Assembly (NCBI GenBank): GCA_965222375.1
Contig: CBDCTZ010000016.1
Span: 1,664,001-1,728,000, forward strand
Direction: 5' to 3'
Length of the DNA stretch: 64,000 nt
Source: Polyangiaceae bacterium
Lineage (GTDB): Bacteria; Myxococcota_A; Polyangia; Polyangiales; Polyangiaceae
The notes under the pieces were generated by a model. That model made no database searches. It worked only from the letters and a program-made list of their open reading frames with translations, and was not told the origin of the DNA. A program made the position numbers and the translations under genes. Shown in pieces: positions 28,334-37,870 of this stretch (position 1 is the stretch's first letter; each line of letters opens with the position of its first letter).

Positions 28334-29035
28334 TTACAACCGCGCGGCGCCTAAGTCGCCGAGCCAGCTTTCCAGCGCCTCGGAGCGGGGAGCGCCGCTG
28401 GAGACGTGGCGGACGTGGCCGTCGGCATCGATGACGATGAACGTCGGGAGCACTTGGATTCGATACTTGGAGGCAACGCTCCCGTCGTCGTGTACGACTT
28501 CGTAGGGGATGTCCCAGGCCTGCTTGAGCTGCGCGGCCACGCGGCGATCCCTGTCCACACTCACGCCGACGAAATGCACTTCTTTCCTGCGCCTGGATAG
28601 CGCGGCCTCTCGCAGCATCGGCGCCGCGCGTCGGCAGGCATTGCACCAGCTGGCAAACACCTCGACCACCACGGGTTTGCCGCGCAAATCCGAGAGCTTC
28701 ACCCGAGAAGTGCCGTCAGCGGAGCGCAGGTTGAACTCTGCGGCGATGTCGCCCACCGGCGGCCCCGACGGCTTCTTGGCGACCAGGGCCAACCCGACCC
28801 CGAGGGCGACGACGAAGAGTAGTGCCCGAAATACGTTCGCGCTTTTCGGCGCGTCGCCCGAAGCGCTCTTGGACCCAGGGGGCGCGCCATGTGTGCGCTC
28901 GGACTTCGAACTCTTCGGCGCGTCGCCCGAAGCGCTCTTGGACCCAGGGGACGCGCCACGTGTGCGCTCGGACTTCGAACTTTTCGGCGCGCGTTCAGGG
29001 TCTCTCGCTGGCGCTGCTCGCTCGGGCTGGCTCAT
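28334..29035 (-). CDS. TlpA/ResA-like membrane-anchored thiol-disulfide oxidoreductase
   Basis: LSDLRGKPVVVEVFASWCNAC, YRIQVLPTFIVID; TM anchor; ATGA overlap with the upstream gene. Confidence 0.9.
   Translation of the reverse strand: MSQPERAAPARDPERAPKSSKSERTRGASPGSKSASGDAPKSSKSERTHGAPPGSKSASGDAPKSANVFRALLFVVALGVGLALVAKKPSGPPVGDIAAEFNLRSADGTSRVKLSDLRGKPVVVEVFASWCNACRRAAPMLREAALSRRRKEVHFVGVSVDRDRRVAAQLKQAWDIPYEVVHDDGSVASKYRIQVLPTFIVIDADGHVRHVSSGAPRSEALESWLGDLGAARL
28842..28991. repeat. 69-bp near-perfect tandem duplication (about 2.2 copies) in the TlpA N-terminus
   Basis: Units 28842-28910 and 28911-28979 plus a partial copy; encodes KSSKSERT(R/H)GA(S/P)PGSKSASGDAP. Confidence 0.9.
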
Positions 29036-29733
29036 GGCGAAAGCACGCGTCGGCCCACGAGGGCGCCCGCGGCGGCAAGCGTGAGCACGGCGGCGCCATG
29101 GCCGAGCCAGAGGTGCCAGGTTTCGCCGCTGGGACAAGTCACGCCAATGGTCACAGCGCCGGCAAGGCCACCGACGAGCCCAGCCAGTGCTCCGGAGACG
29201 CCCGGAGATAGCGGATCCGTGCCGCGCCACAGGAATAGGGTTCCGCCGCCAGAGATGGCGCCGAACAAGAGCGCATGCAGCCCGCAGCCCAGAGCGCCGC
29301 CACCGTGGCCGGCTGTGAAGAACTCACCGAGGGGGAGCTGCTCACTGGCGGCAAAGGCCAGGTAGGCGAGGAAGAACACCGGCACGGTGACTGCCAATGC
29401 GAGGCGCATACCGGCCGCCCCGCGCCGCCCGGGCGGACGCAGGAAACCCGTGACCAGCACGAGGGCCTGCACCACGGCCCAACCTGCGGCGCCGAATAGG
29501 GCGGCGCGCAGTGGACCTTCGGGTCGATCTACGGAAAGAACGCCGAATAGCACCACGATCACGATCGCGAGGGCGAAAGAGAGCATGGTTCGACTAGTCG
29601 CTGACATGCCGCGACTGGGCCGAAGGCTCTCGGTGCACTCCTTTTTGATGGACGCAGCCAGGTCGGCCCGGGGGACCTCGGGCTCGGGCCAGGCCAAATC
29701 CTGGAGCGCATCATCCGTCGGCACGTCGCTCAT
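29032..29733 (-). CDS. nrsF: NrsF/DUF1109-like membrane anti-sigma factor
   Basis: About 6 TMs; GALAGLVGGLAGA...TCP...WLGH C-terminal pattern with Cys; directly downstream of an ECF sigma. Confidence 0.75.
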   Translation of the reverse strand: MSDVPTDDALQDLAWPEPEVPRADLAASIKKECTESLRPSRGMSATSRTMLSFALAIVIVVLFGVLSVDRPEGPLRAALFGAAGWAVVQALVLVTGFLRPPGRRGAAGMRLALAVTVPVFFLAYLAFAASEQLPLGEFFTAGHGGGALGCGLHALLFGAISGGGTLFLWRGTDPLSPGVSGALAGLVGGLAGAVTIGVTCPSGETWHLWLGHGAAVLTLAAAGALVGRRVLSP

Positions 29734-30275
29734 TAGCTCCGCTTGAACCTCTCGAGCTCCTTACGGAGGAAGTTATAGCCACGGTGCACTCGGAGTTTGA
29801 CGGCCGTCGAGCTCGTTCCAAGCACATCCGCGGCTTCGCTGACTGAAAGGCCGGTCAACTTCGTCAATTGGATCGCCTCTCGGTAGGTTTCGGGCATGGC
29901 GTTCAAAGCCCGCTCCAACGCTTCGGACACGTCATTGGGCACCCCGTTGGGCTCCTGGTGGGGCTCGGGCAGGCTGCCGTCGCGGCTCAGGTCTTCGGTT
30001 CGGCTCTTGGCGGCCCGGCGCTCATCGTAGAAGGAGCGCCGCGCGATCGCCAGCACCCAGGGGAGCAATGGTGCGCCGCGCAGGTAGCTGCCGCGGGCGC
30101 GATGGATTTTCGAGAACGTGATCTGGAGTAGGTCTTCGGCGCGCTCGCGGTGGCGGGTCAATCGGAGCAGGTAGCCGAAGAGCTTGGGTGACAGCTGCTG
30201 GTACAGGTCGTCGAAGGCGGCGGCATCGCCGTCAACGTAGCGCTCCATGAGCGATTCGAGCGTATCCGACTTCAC
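29733..30275 (-). CDS. ECF-type RNA polymerase sigma factor
   Basis: GDAAAFDDLY, AEDLLQITF, WVLAIARR, GLSVSEAADVLG...VKLRVHRG; start estimated at GTG 30275. Confidence 0.92.
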   Translation of the reverse strand: MKSDTLESLMERYVDGDAAAFDDLYQQLSPKLFGYLLRLTRHRERAEDLLQITFSKIHRARGSYLRGAPLLPWVLAIARRSFYDERRAAKSRTEDLSRDGSLPEPHQEPNGVPNDVSEALERALNAMPETYREAIQLTKLTGLSVSEAADVLGTSSTAVKLRVHRGYNFLRKELERFKRS

Positions 30276-30400
30276 AAGGACGACCCCGGACCAGGGCTGG
30301 GTGAGCCACTGGCCCCCGGCCGTTAGAATTGGGAAACAGACGGTAGGCACCAGCAAAACTACGCGGCGCCTGCCGCCCGGGTTTCTCCAACAATTCCCAA

Positions 30401-31249
30401 TTAAATCAGCGACTTGAGATCAAGCATTTCCGAAACATCGGGCATTACCACGAGTTCCACCCTGCGGTTGGACTGTCGGCCCTCTTTCGTTTCGTTCTTG
30501 CTCACGGGGTCAGTCTCCGCATAGCCCGCGGGGTGGAGCAGGTTGCCGTCGAGGCCGCCGCCGCCGCCCTTGGCGTCCACGGGAGCCACCAAGAACAGCA
30601 GGACCTGGCGAGCGCGCATGGCGCTCAGGCCCCAGTTGTCGCCGAAGCGCCCGCCGCGGAGCGGCTTGTTATCCGTGTGCCCGGCAACCTGATAGTAGCG
30701 CTTGGCCAACTGCTTGTCGTTGCGGATGACCTCAGCGACTGCCGTGAGCACTTCTTTGCCCTTGTCCTTGAGCCTGTCCTTGCCCGACGCGAAGAGCACG
30801 TCGCCGGGAAGGCGAATCACCATTCGGTTACGCCGGATTTCGACCTTCAATCCCATGTTGGTCAGCTTCTGGAGCTTGCCGCGCAGGGTATCGAAGCGAG
30901 CTTTGATGCGCTCGAGAGCAGCTGCACGCCTTTTGTACTCCTCGAGAGCACGCTTGAGCTGCTCCAGGTTCTTGGCGAGCTGCTCCTTCTCGGTGCCCGT
31001 CGCTTGCAGTTGCTGGTTCAGCTCATCCATGTTCACGCCCATCGACTTGAGCTGCTCGGTCAGGTCCGAGACCCGCTTCATCGTGGCTTCGAGCTCTTCC
31101 TTGGTCCTTTGATGGGCAGTCTGCTCGTCCTGGTGTTGGCGACTCAATTGATCGTACTTGGCCAGCTGAGCTTGCCATTCATCCTCGGAGTACCCGCAGG
31201 CGGCCACAGCGAACATTGAAATAAGCAGAATCAGTCGATGTTTGAACAC
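30401..31249 (-). CDS. OmpA/MotB-like peptidoglycan-binding lipoprotein with coiled coil
   Basis: Lipobox VAA-C, heptad-rich region, VLFASG, GHTD, NWGLSAMRA, NRRVE; GGAGG RBS before GTG 31249. Confidence 0.88.
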   Translation of the reverse strand: MFKHRLILLISMFAVAACGYSEDEWQAQLAKYDQLSRQHQDEQTAHQRTKEELEATMKRVSDLTEQLKSMGVNMDELNQQLQATGTEKEQLAKNLEQLKRALEEYKRRAAALERIKARFDTLRGKLQKLTNMGLKVEIRRNRMVIRLPGDVLFASGKDRLKDKGKEVLTAVAEVIRNDKQLAKRYYQVAGHTDNKPLRGGRFGDNWGLSAMRARQVLLFLVAPVDAKGGGGGLDGNLLHPAGYAETDPVSKNETKEGRQSNRRVELVVMPDVSEMLDLKSLI

Positions 31250-31382
31250 GGTATCCTCCAAAAAAGCGGCTGCGCCGATTGTCAGCTAGGCGATCTTGCC
31301 GAGACTTTTTTGCGATATCCCTGCTGCTGTCAACCACTCGTGGCGCCCCGGCCCGGGGCGCGCTGATATTGCGCAGTCGCTC

Positions 31383-31705
31383 TCAAGCCAGTTGAACGGA
31401 GCGCCTGGAAAGACAGCCGTATTCGAAGCCCTCGGCCGGGAAGGTCGCTTGGTGGGTGGCGGCGCTAGCGGCCCCAATGCTGACCAGGAGCGGGAGGAAG
31501 TGCTCCTGCGTGGGGTGGTTTTCGTGGAGCGCGGGTGCTCGGGCTCGGAATTGCACAGAGCGTCGAAGTTCTTGGTCTGGAGGCATTCGCGATACCACTC
31601 ATCGAACTCCTGCGCCCAACTGGGTGGCGGACCGGATCACAGATGGATGCGACGCAGGTTGTGGGTCAAGTTGCCGCTGCCGGCGATGAGTACGCCGAGT
31701 GCCAA
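31383..31705 (-). pseudogene. remnant of DODA/YgiD (LigB-family) extradiol dioxygenase
   Basis: GVLIAGSGNLTHNLRR, in-frame TGA (31637-31639), WAQEFDEW, frameshift near 31555, then HPTQEHFLPLL...GFEYGCLS; N-terminal part absent. Confidence 0.82.
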
Positions 31706-31841
31706 GCTGAACTGTCTACGGCTTAGCGGGGTTGGCATCGGGTATTTTCAGGCTACTCACGACGGGATCCCCTGAGAAGGCTCTGGCGCGTAACGCTCTG
31801 TTGTCAGGCTGGAACGCTCGACTTGCAGCCGTTTTCGTGGC

Positions 31842-31860
31842 GTGTCACCTAGCTGTCACA
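31842..31860 (+). promoter_or_regulatory. PHO box upstream of phoB
   Basis: GTGTCACCTAG-CTGTCACA: TGTCAC half-sites 11 bp apart. Confidence 0.75.
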
Positions 31861-31902
31861 CGCAGCAGCTAGCACCTAGCGGGCGCGAGCCCCGACGAGA
31901 CC

Positions 31903-32604
31903 ATGGCCAACATATTGGTGATTGAAGATGAACCCGACCTTCGGGAGGTCCTGAGCTTCAATCTGAAGCAGGCCGGGCACGAAGTGCTGGCGACCGCGTC
32001 GGGGGCGGAAGGGGTCGAGTGGGCGCACTCGAAAGGCGCTGACCTGGTGCTACTGGATTTGATGCTGCCCGATCTCCCCGGTACGGAAGTCTGCAAGCGT
32101 TTGAAATCGGACCCGCAGACACGCCGCATTCCTGTTGTCATGCTCACCGCGCGGGGTGAGGAAATGGATCGCGTTGTCGGCTTCGAACTGGGCGCCGAGG
32201 ACTACATCGTCAAGCCGTTTTCGGTGCGCGAGCTCCAGCTGCGTCTCCAAGCCATCCTGCGCCGCGCGCAGCCCCAGGAGGACGACAGCTCTCGCCTGGT
32301 GGAGTTTGGCCTGCTGAAGATGGATCGCGACGCCCACCGAGTTTGGGTCGGGGAGGGCGAAATCGAGCTCACGGCTCTCGAGTTCCGCCTGTTGCTCACC
32401 CTCTACGAGCGGCGCAGCCGGGTGCAAACTCGCAGCGCTCTCTTGGATGACGTGTGGGGGATCCAGGCTGACATCACGACTCGAACCGTGGACACCCACG
32501 TCAAACGTCTGCGAGAGAAACTGGCCGCTGCGCGCGGATATGTGGAGACGGTTCGCGGGGTAGGCTACCGTTTCTGTGGCAGCCCAGAGGACGCGACCCC
32601 TTGA
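31903..32604 (+). CDS. phoB: phosphate regulon response regulator (OmpR/PhoB family)
   Basis: REC plus winged helix (RTVDTHVKRLREKL, ETVRGVGY); adjacent to phoR and the pst genes. Confidence 0.9.
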   Translation: MANILVIEDEPDLREVLSFNLKQAGHEVLATASGAEGVEWAHSKGADLVLLDLMLPDLPGTEVCKRLKSDPQTRRIPVVMLTARGEEMDRVVGFELGAEDYIVKPFSVRELQLRLQAILRRAQPQEDDSSRLVEFGLLKMDRDAHRVWVGEGEIELTALEFRLLLTLYERRSRVQTRSALLDDVWGIQADITTRTVDTHVKRLREKLAAARGYVETVRGVGYRFCGSPEDATP

Positions 32605-32640
32605 GGGCGCAGTGAGCCAGGCTTGCGAGGGGGGCGTGAC

Positions 32641-34497
32641 TTGAGGCTGGGGATCCGCGCAAAGCTGTTTCTGATCTCCCTCGGGCTGATCTTGCTGACC
32701 GCCGCAGTTGGCTGGGCCTACGTGCAGCGTACCGTCGATACGGCTCTGACCCGCGAGGTGCAAGACGAGCTAGTTCATCGCGCTAGTCTGGCGGCGCTGC
32801 ACGTCGAGCGCGCCGATAACCTCGATGCGAGCACGATGCAGCGATTGGTACGTCGGCTGTCGGCGCTTTCGGCAGCGAGGGTGACCGTCATCGAACGCAG
32901 CGGCAAAGTGCTCGGCGACTCCGACGTGACGAGCGACCGACTCGCAGACGTCGAAAATCACGCCGGCCGGCCGGAGGTGCGTGCGGCTCTGGCTACGGGG
33001 AAGGGCGCGCACACGCGCTTGAGCGAAACCGTGGGCAAGCGCATGACCTACGTGGCCGTGCCCTTCGAGCGCAGCGGGAAGGTCGTTGGCGTAGTGCGCG
33101 TGGCCTTGCCCCTGACTCAGGTGGATGAAGTGCTCGCTCGAGTCAAAGGGGTTCTGGGAGCCGCCACCTTGCTCGCCCTCGGTGTGGCGATCGTGCTCAG
33201 TAGTCTAGCGGCGCATTTGGCATCGCGGACCGCGCGATCTTTGACCCAAACTGCCGAGCGCATGGCGGAAGGAGATCTCGCGACGCGTACCGGCGTCACG
33301 GGTCACGACGAATTCGCGTCCTTGGGGCGCGCCTTGGATCAGCTTGCTGCGAGCTTGTCTCAAACGGTGGATGAACTCGAGACCCAACACGAGACCACGC
33401 GCGGCATCCTGGAAGGCATGCACGAGGGCGTGCTGCTGCTCGGAGCCGATGGGCGCGTGGGGCTAGTGAACCCAGCGCTGCGCGAGATGCTGCTGCTGGG
33501 GCCCGACGCAGTGGGCAAGACGCCCCTCGAGGTGATCCGGCATGTCGAGCTGAAAGAGCTGCTGGACCGAGTGCTCGAAGAACAGCAGACGGACAGTGCG
33601 GAGATCGAGGTCAGCGGGCTCAAGCCTCGCCGCCTGCTAGTCCGCGCCTCGCCGTTCTCCCGAGGGTCGGGTGGGGTGTTCGCGGTATTCGTGGACGTTA
33701 CGGAGATGCGTAGGCTGGAGTCCCTTCGCAGCGACTTCGTTGCCAACGTTTCTCACGAGCTTCGAACTCCGGTTACGACGGTGCGCTCGGCCGCCGAAAC
33801 GCTGAGCGGCGCACTGTCCAAGGATCCGAAAACCGCGCTTCGCTTCGTGGACATCATCGAACGCAATGCCACCCGGCTTCAGGATTTAGTCGAGGACTTG
33901 CTGGACCTGTCTCGAATCGAGTCCCGGCAGTACCAATTGGACTTCGAGGCCGTGGCTCTGGGTCCCATGTGCGCCCGCGTGGTGGGCCTACTTGGAGAAA
34001 GCCTGTCCGAGCGGAACATCGAGGTCGCAACAGTGCTCGAGGACGAAGGCGCGGTCGTGCGCGCTGATCGCCGTGCTCTCGAGCACGTGCTTTCCAACCT
34101 GGTGGACAACGCCGCGAAATACGCTGGTGCCGGAGCCAAGATCACCTTGCGGGGGAGGCTCGAGGACAGCGAGGTCGTCATTTTCGTCGAGGACAACGGG
34201 CCCGGCATAGACGCGAGCCATTTGCCACGTCTGTTCGAGCGCTTCTATCGAGTGGACGCGGGGCGCTCCCGTGAACTGGGCGGCACAGGCCTGGGCCTCG
34301 CGATCGTCAAGCACCTGGTCGAGGCCATGGGCTCGAGCATCAGCGTCGAAAGCGAAGTCGGTGCTGGTGCGAGATTCAGCTTTGCGCTGCCGCTCTGGAC
34401 CGCGGAGGTATTAGATACTCAGTCGTCGGGCTCTGCTTTGTCGAATGCCAATGGGTCGACCATGGGCAACGTCGGGCGCCCTTCGTCCACGTCGTAG
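32641..34497 (+). CDS. phoR: phosphate regulon sensor histidine kinase (TM-HAMP-PAS-HisKA-HATPase)
   Basis: ENHAGRPEV, DFVANVSHELRTP, NLVDNAAKY, FERFYRVD, GGTGLGL; start TTG 32641 (or 32623). Confidence 0.92.
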   Translation: MRLGIRAKLFLISLGLILLTAAVGWAYVQRTVDTALTREVQDELVHRASLAALHVERADNLDASTMQRLVRRLSALSAARVTVIERSGKVLGDSDVTSDRLADVENHAGRPEVRAALATGKGAHTRLSETVGKRMTYVAVPFERSGKVVGVVRVALPLTQVDEVLARVKGVLGAATLLALGVAIVLSSLAAHLASRTARSLTQTAERMAEGDLATRTGVTGHDEFASLGRALDQLAASLSQTVDELETQHETTRGILEGMHEGVLLLGADGRVGLVNPALREMLLLGPDAVGKTPLEVIRHVELKELLDRVLEEQQTDSAEIEVSGLKPRRLLVRASPFSRGSGGVFAVFVDVTEMRRLESLRSDFVANVSHELRTPVTTVRSAAETLSGALSKDPKTALRFVDIIERNATRLQDLVEDLLDLSRIESRQYQLDFEAVALGPMCARVVGLLGESLSERNIEVATVLEDEGAVVRADRRALEHVLSNLVDNAAKYAGAGAKITLRGRLEDSEVVIFVEDNGPGIDASHLPRLFERFYRVDAGRSRELGGTGLGLAIVKHLVEAMGSSISVESEVGAGARFSFALPLWTAEVLDTQSSGSALSNANGSTMGNVGRPSSTS

Positions 34498-34772
34498 ACC
34501 AGAGGGTCGTCCTCTTCGACCGTGGGCATGGTGGGTCGGACGGGCGGAGTCGTTTTGTTGGAGATTTTCTTTTCGGCGTTGGCTTTGTCGGCCTTCACGG
34601 CCTCGGTGGGCGTTGCGTGGTCGGCGGTTGCTGCGGCGTTGCTAGCCTCTGCCTCGGCGTCGGCCTTTGCTTCGTCGGTGGGCTTCGCATCCGCGCCCGC
34701 CGCGACTTCCTCCCAGCCTTCGTCGACAGCCTCGGTGTCGGCGGGAGTTGGCGTGTCGCTCAGTTTGGCCAT
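34419..34772 (-). CDS. hypothetical acidic Ala-rich protein
   Basis: 117 aa with ATG start; overlaps the phoR 3' end by 79 bp. Confidence 0.5.
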   Translation of the reverse strand: MAKLSDTPTPADTEAVDEGWEEVAAGADAKPTDEAKADAEAEASNAAATADHATPTEAVKADKANAEKKISNKTTPPVRPTMPTVEEDDPLVYDVDEGRPTLPMVDPLAFDKAEPDD

Positions 34773-34800
34773 CTGCGGGGCTACGATAGCGGATGCGCGC

Positions 34801-35370
34801 TCAAGGGCCAGTTTCGGGCAGACGGCTCCGGCCTAGAAAGCGTCGCCAAGCGGTTTTTGCGCGGCCTTTGTCGGCCAGATTGTGAATCAATAGCGCGCTG
34901 AGCCCCGTGTGCGCGTCCACCCGCGCGACAAAGAGCTTTAGGCCCACGTCACCGCCTTCGCTGCCAGCGCGCCCCTCCGCAGACAGCCCCGCGCCGTGGG
35001 CGAGCTTCTCGGGCTTGGGTGCAGACAGGTCGACGCGGCCGAAACTGGCCAGCGTTGCTCTGCGTTCGTCAAAGAAGGTCGACAGAGACCGCGTGGCTTC
35101 CAGATCGTGGCGCCCGAGCAGAATGACGAGCTTGCCGTCGGTCAGCTCGTAGCCGCCAGCCTGGTTCTGCTCGGCTTGAAAGGAAGGTGGTACGTGCATG
35201 CGCGCTCCCCAGGCGTCGACGGTGGGATCAGCGGTGGCCGCTGGCGCCGGCGCTTTCGCGGCGCTCGCGTCGGGGGCTGTGGAGCTGCTGCGCTGGCAAC
35301 TGATCATTGTCAGGGCTGCGCAGCTCAGCACGGCGACAATCGGCCGCCTGGCCCGCTCAATTGTCGCCAT
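34801..35370 (-). CDS. hypothetical lipoprotein
   Basis: Signal ending MIS-C, Ala/Pro linker, globular domain. Confidence 0.65.
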   Translation of the reverse strand: MATIERARRPIVAVLSCAALTMISCQRSSSTAPDASAAKAPAPAATADPTVDAWGARMHVPPSFQAEQNQAGGYELTDGKLVILLGRHDLEATRSLSTFFDERRATLASFGRVDLSAPKPEKLAHGAGLSAEGRAGSEGGDVGLKLFVARVDAHTGLSALLIHNLADKGRAKTAWRRFLGRSRLPETGP

Positions 35371-35400
35371 ATTGCTTCCCCAGCTTCGAGATTTTCACTT

Positions 35401-35433
35401 CAGGCACGCTTTCGTCACCGTATTGTCACTCAT
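35401..35433 (+). promoter_or_regulatory. PHO box (3 half-sites) upstream of the porin gene
   Basis: GGCAC/GTCAC/GTCAC at 35403, 35414 and 35425 (11-bp period). Confidence 0.72.
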
Positions 35434-35452
35434 TTGCTGGCATATGCGCGGA

Positions 35453-36727
35453 ATGCAAATGCGGCTCTCCCCACTACTAGCGCTATTCTTCCTGGCTGCC
35501 CCGGCCGTGGCTCAGCCCGGCCCACCGCCTCCCGCTCCGCCACCGGAGCCCCCTCCCGCTCCGCCGCCGGCGCAGCCCGTGGAACCGCAGCCCGAGCCGC
35601 TGCCCCCATCGGTTGTCCAACCGCTGCCGCCGCCGGTGACGCCGGCGCCGACGACCCCGCCAGCCGTAAACCTCCCACCGGCGGGCCCCCAAGGTCCGGC
35701 ACGCGAGGCGCCGCCGCCGCCGAAGAAACTCACCGTCGCCAAAGATGGTTTCATCCAGCCGAGCATGCTGCTGCAGGTGTGGTTGTTCGGAAGCCGTCAA
35801 TTCAAACAGACCAACACCACGTTTCGACTGCGCCGCGCCGAGATCAAACTCAAGGGTGACATCATCGACGACGCCCTGGCCTTCACGATCATGCTCGACC
35901 CCGCAAAGGTCTTGGAGTTCGAAGACGAAGATCTCGAAGTCGAAGGCCAAGAGCCCGCGCCGACGACGCCCGGGACCGTGGAAGCCTCCCAGCCCAACAG
36001 CAACGTCTCGGTGCTTCAGGATGCGTACCTGACCGCCAAGAGCGAATGCGCCGATGTTGCCGCCGGCCAGTTCAAGAACCCCATGTCGTGGGAGGGCTTC
36101 AACTCCGCCAGCAAGCTGCTCTTCCCCGAGCGCGCGATTGCCGCACGCTTCTACGGTGACGACCGGGACATCGGCCTGCGCGTGACCAAGAAGCTGAACG
36201 ATTACGTGTATTACAACCTGGGCGTCTACAATGGCCCTGGGCTCAATCGTCGCGACAATAACAACCAGAAGGACGTGGCGCTGCGCCTGGAGCTGTATCC
36301 CCTGGAAGGCATCATGCTTGGTGGGGTGGGCTACATGAGCGTAGGAGAACGGGACGAGCCTACCACCAAGGACCGAGTCGAGGCAGACTTGCGAATCGAA
36401 CTAGCAGGTGCCTTACTCCAGGCGGAGTACTTGCACGGATGGGATGGTCCCAAGGGTAGTCGCGTCGAAGGCCACGGCTTCTACGTCGCAGCGGGTTACA
36501 CCTTCTTCGACATGCTGCAGCCCGCGGTGCGCGTTGGCGCTCTAGACAGTGACATCGACCAAGACTTGCCCGGCGACAAGAGCGACGAGCTCTGGCATTA
36601 CGAAGCTACCGTGAACTATTACATCCAGGGCAAGCAGGCCAAGCTGGCCCTCAGCTATGGTTTCTTCGACTACGACGACTGGGACCCTCGCGGCGAGGTC
36701 ACTCTGCTCGGTCAAGTTTCGTTCTAG
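35453..36727 (+). CDS. OprO/OprP-like phosphate-selective porin
   Basis: Signal peptide, Pro-rich segment, TFRLRRAEIKLKG, LQDAY, GQFKNP, RDIG, C-terminal Phe; lies in the Pho locus; ATG at 35444, 35453 or 35459. Confidence 0.85.
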   Translation: MQMRLSPLLALFFLAAPAVAQPGPPPPAPPPEPPPAPPPAQPVEPQPEPLPPSVVQPLPPPVTPAPTTPPAVNLPPAGPQGPAREAPPPPKKLTVAKDGFIQPSMLLQVWLFGSRQFKQTNTTFRLRRAEIKLKGDIIDDALAFTIMLDPAKVLEFEDEDLEVEGQEPAPTTPGTVEASQPNSNVSVLQDAYLTAKSECADVAAGQFKNPMSWEGFNSASKLLFPERAIAARFYGDDRDIGLRVTKKLNDYVYYNLGVYNGPGLNRRDNNNQKDVALRLELYPLEGIMLGGVGYMSVGERDEPTTKDRVEADLRIELAGALLQAEYLHGWDGPKGSRVEGHGFYVAAGYTFFDMLQPAVRVGALDSDIDQDLPGDKSDELWHYEATVNYYIQGKQAKLALSYGFFDYDDWDPRGEVTLLGQVSF

Positions 36728-37092
36728 ACCAAGCATGTCTTTGGTTTGGGTTGGGGTCGCATCGCTTTCGCGGCCCAGCGGCCCTACTCTCGCGCTGCCG
36801 CACTCAGCGCGCCGCGCGCTTTGAGCCAAGCCAGCACCAGCCGCGCCGTGTCGGGGCCGCTTTGGTCTTCGACGACGAATGCAAACGCGATGCGCGGATT
36901 TGACCCGGCGGCAGAAGCGCGCCGAGCGGGCTTGATGTCCCTCCGTGCCCGGCTGTCGCGTCGTCGTTCAACCAGCCGAGAAAAAATCAAAAAACCGTTT
37001 CGAGCTAGGTCGGCACTCGAGCCGCGGCAGCGTAGGGATGCGCGGTGCAGAGCGGCACCGGACTCCTTCAGACGAAGGCCGGGATAGCCGGG

Positions 37093-37686
37093 CTAGCTGC
37101 ACACGGGGCAGCTCGCGGACTCACATGAGGACATCGCGTCGAAGGCCTGTCCCGCGGCCGGATACTGAGACTTGCAATTATCGAGGCACGAGGTGGTCCC
37201 ACACGATTGAATGCACGAACGAAAGCCCTCCAGATCACTGGCTGAGCCAAAGGCCTTGAGCTGGCTGCAACAGCTCTGCTTCCGGCACTTCGTGCAATCG
37301 TCGTTTTGGTCCGTGACGACACACGCGCCACAAACCGCCAGTCCGTCATATTCGGCGCTGCAGGCGCTCTGAATGGCTCCGCTCCCGCCAACGTATCCAG
37401 CCTTGCCGGTCGCATTGCACTGGAGCGGCAGGCCGGCGGCACAGTTCAAAAGCGCGTTCGCCTCTGCCGTGCATTGACCCCCGGCGGGGGCGAAGGCCTG
37501 CTCACACTGCGTGGTGCAGGTCCCGAAGTCGTCTTCGTTGGGGCAAGCGAGTTCCTGCGCCGCCTGACACAGGCTCGCGCATCCGGTGCCCGAGCCACTG
37601 CTACCCTCTCCGGAGCTGCACCCAACCCCCGCTGCACCCATCAGTAGGAGGAGTATGCCATGGATGGATTGGATCATTTGCCGCAT
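37093..37686 (-). CDS. Cys-rich lipoprotein
   Basis: Lipobox GVG-C; about 20 Cys in repeated CxxxC patterns. Confidence 0.72.
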   Translation of the reverse strand: MRQMIQSIHGILLLLMGAAGVGCSSGEGSSGSGTGCASLCQAAQELACPNEDDFGTCTTQCEQAFAPAGGQCTAEANALLNCAAGLPLQCNATGKAGYVGGSGAIQSACSAEYDGLAVCGACVVTDQNDDCTKCRKQSCCSQLKAFGSASDLEGFRSCIQSCGTTSCLDNCKSQYPAAGQAFDAMSSCESASCPVCS

Positions 37687-37870
37687 CTGTCGGAAGTCTA
37701 CGCTTGGCACCTGTCGGCCCTTCCCACGCGGTCTCGTCGCGACGCAGATTGTGGGCTTGCTGCCTCCCCGCGGCGGTCGAAACCGGGGCGCAACCTGCGC
37801 GGGCACTGCGGCCCAGCCGCGGGGCGCGACACCTCATTCCACAAACCTCGAGCGGATAGCGCTGTGAAGG

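Noticed and set aside
30401..31249. Flagellar motor protein MotB
   Set aside because: Has a lipobox rather than the MotB TM with conserved Asp; no motA or flagellar genes nearby
36784..36990. NPRIAFAFVVE resembles the C-terminus of penicillin-binding proteins
   Set aside because: No KTG or other PBP motif in the adjacent frames checked; too short to call a remnant
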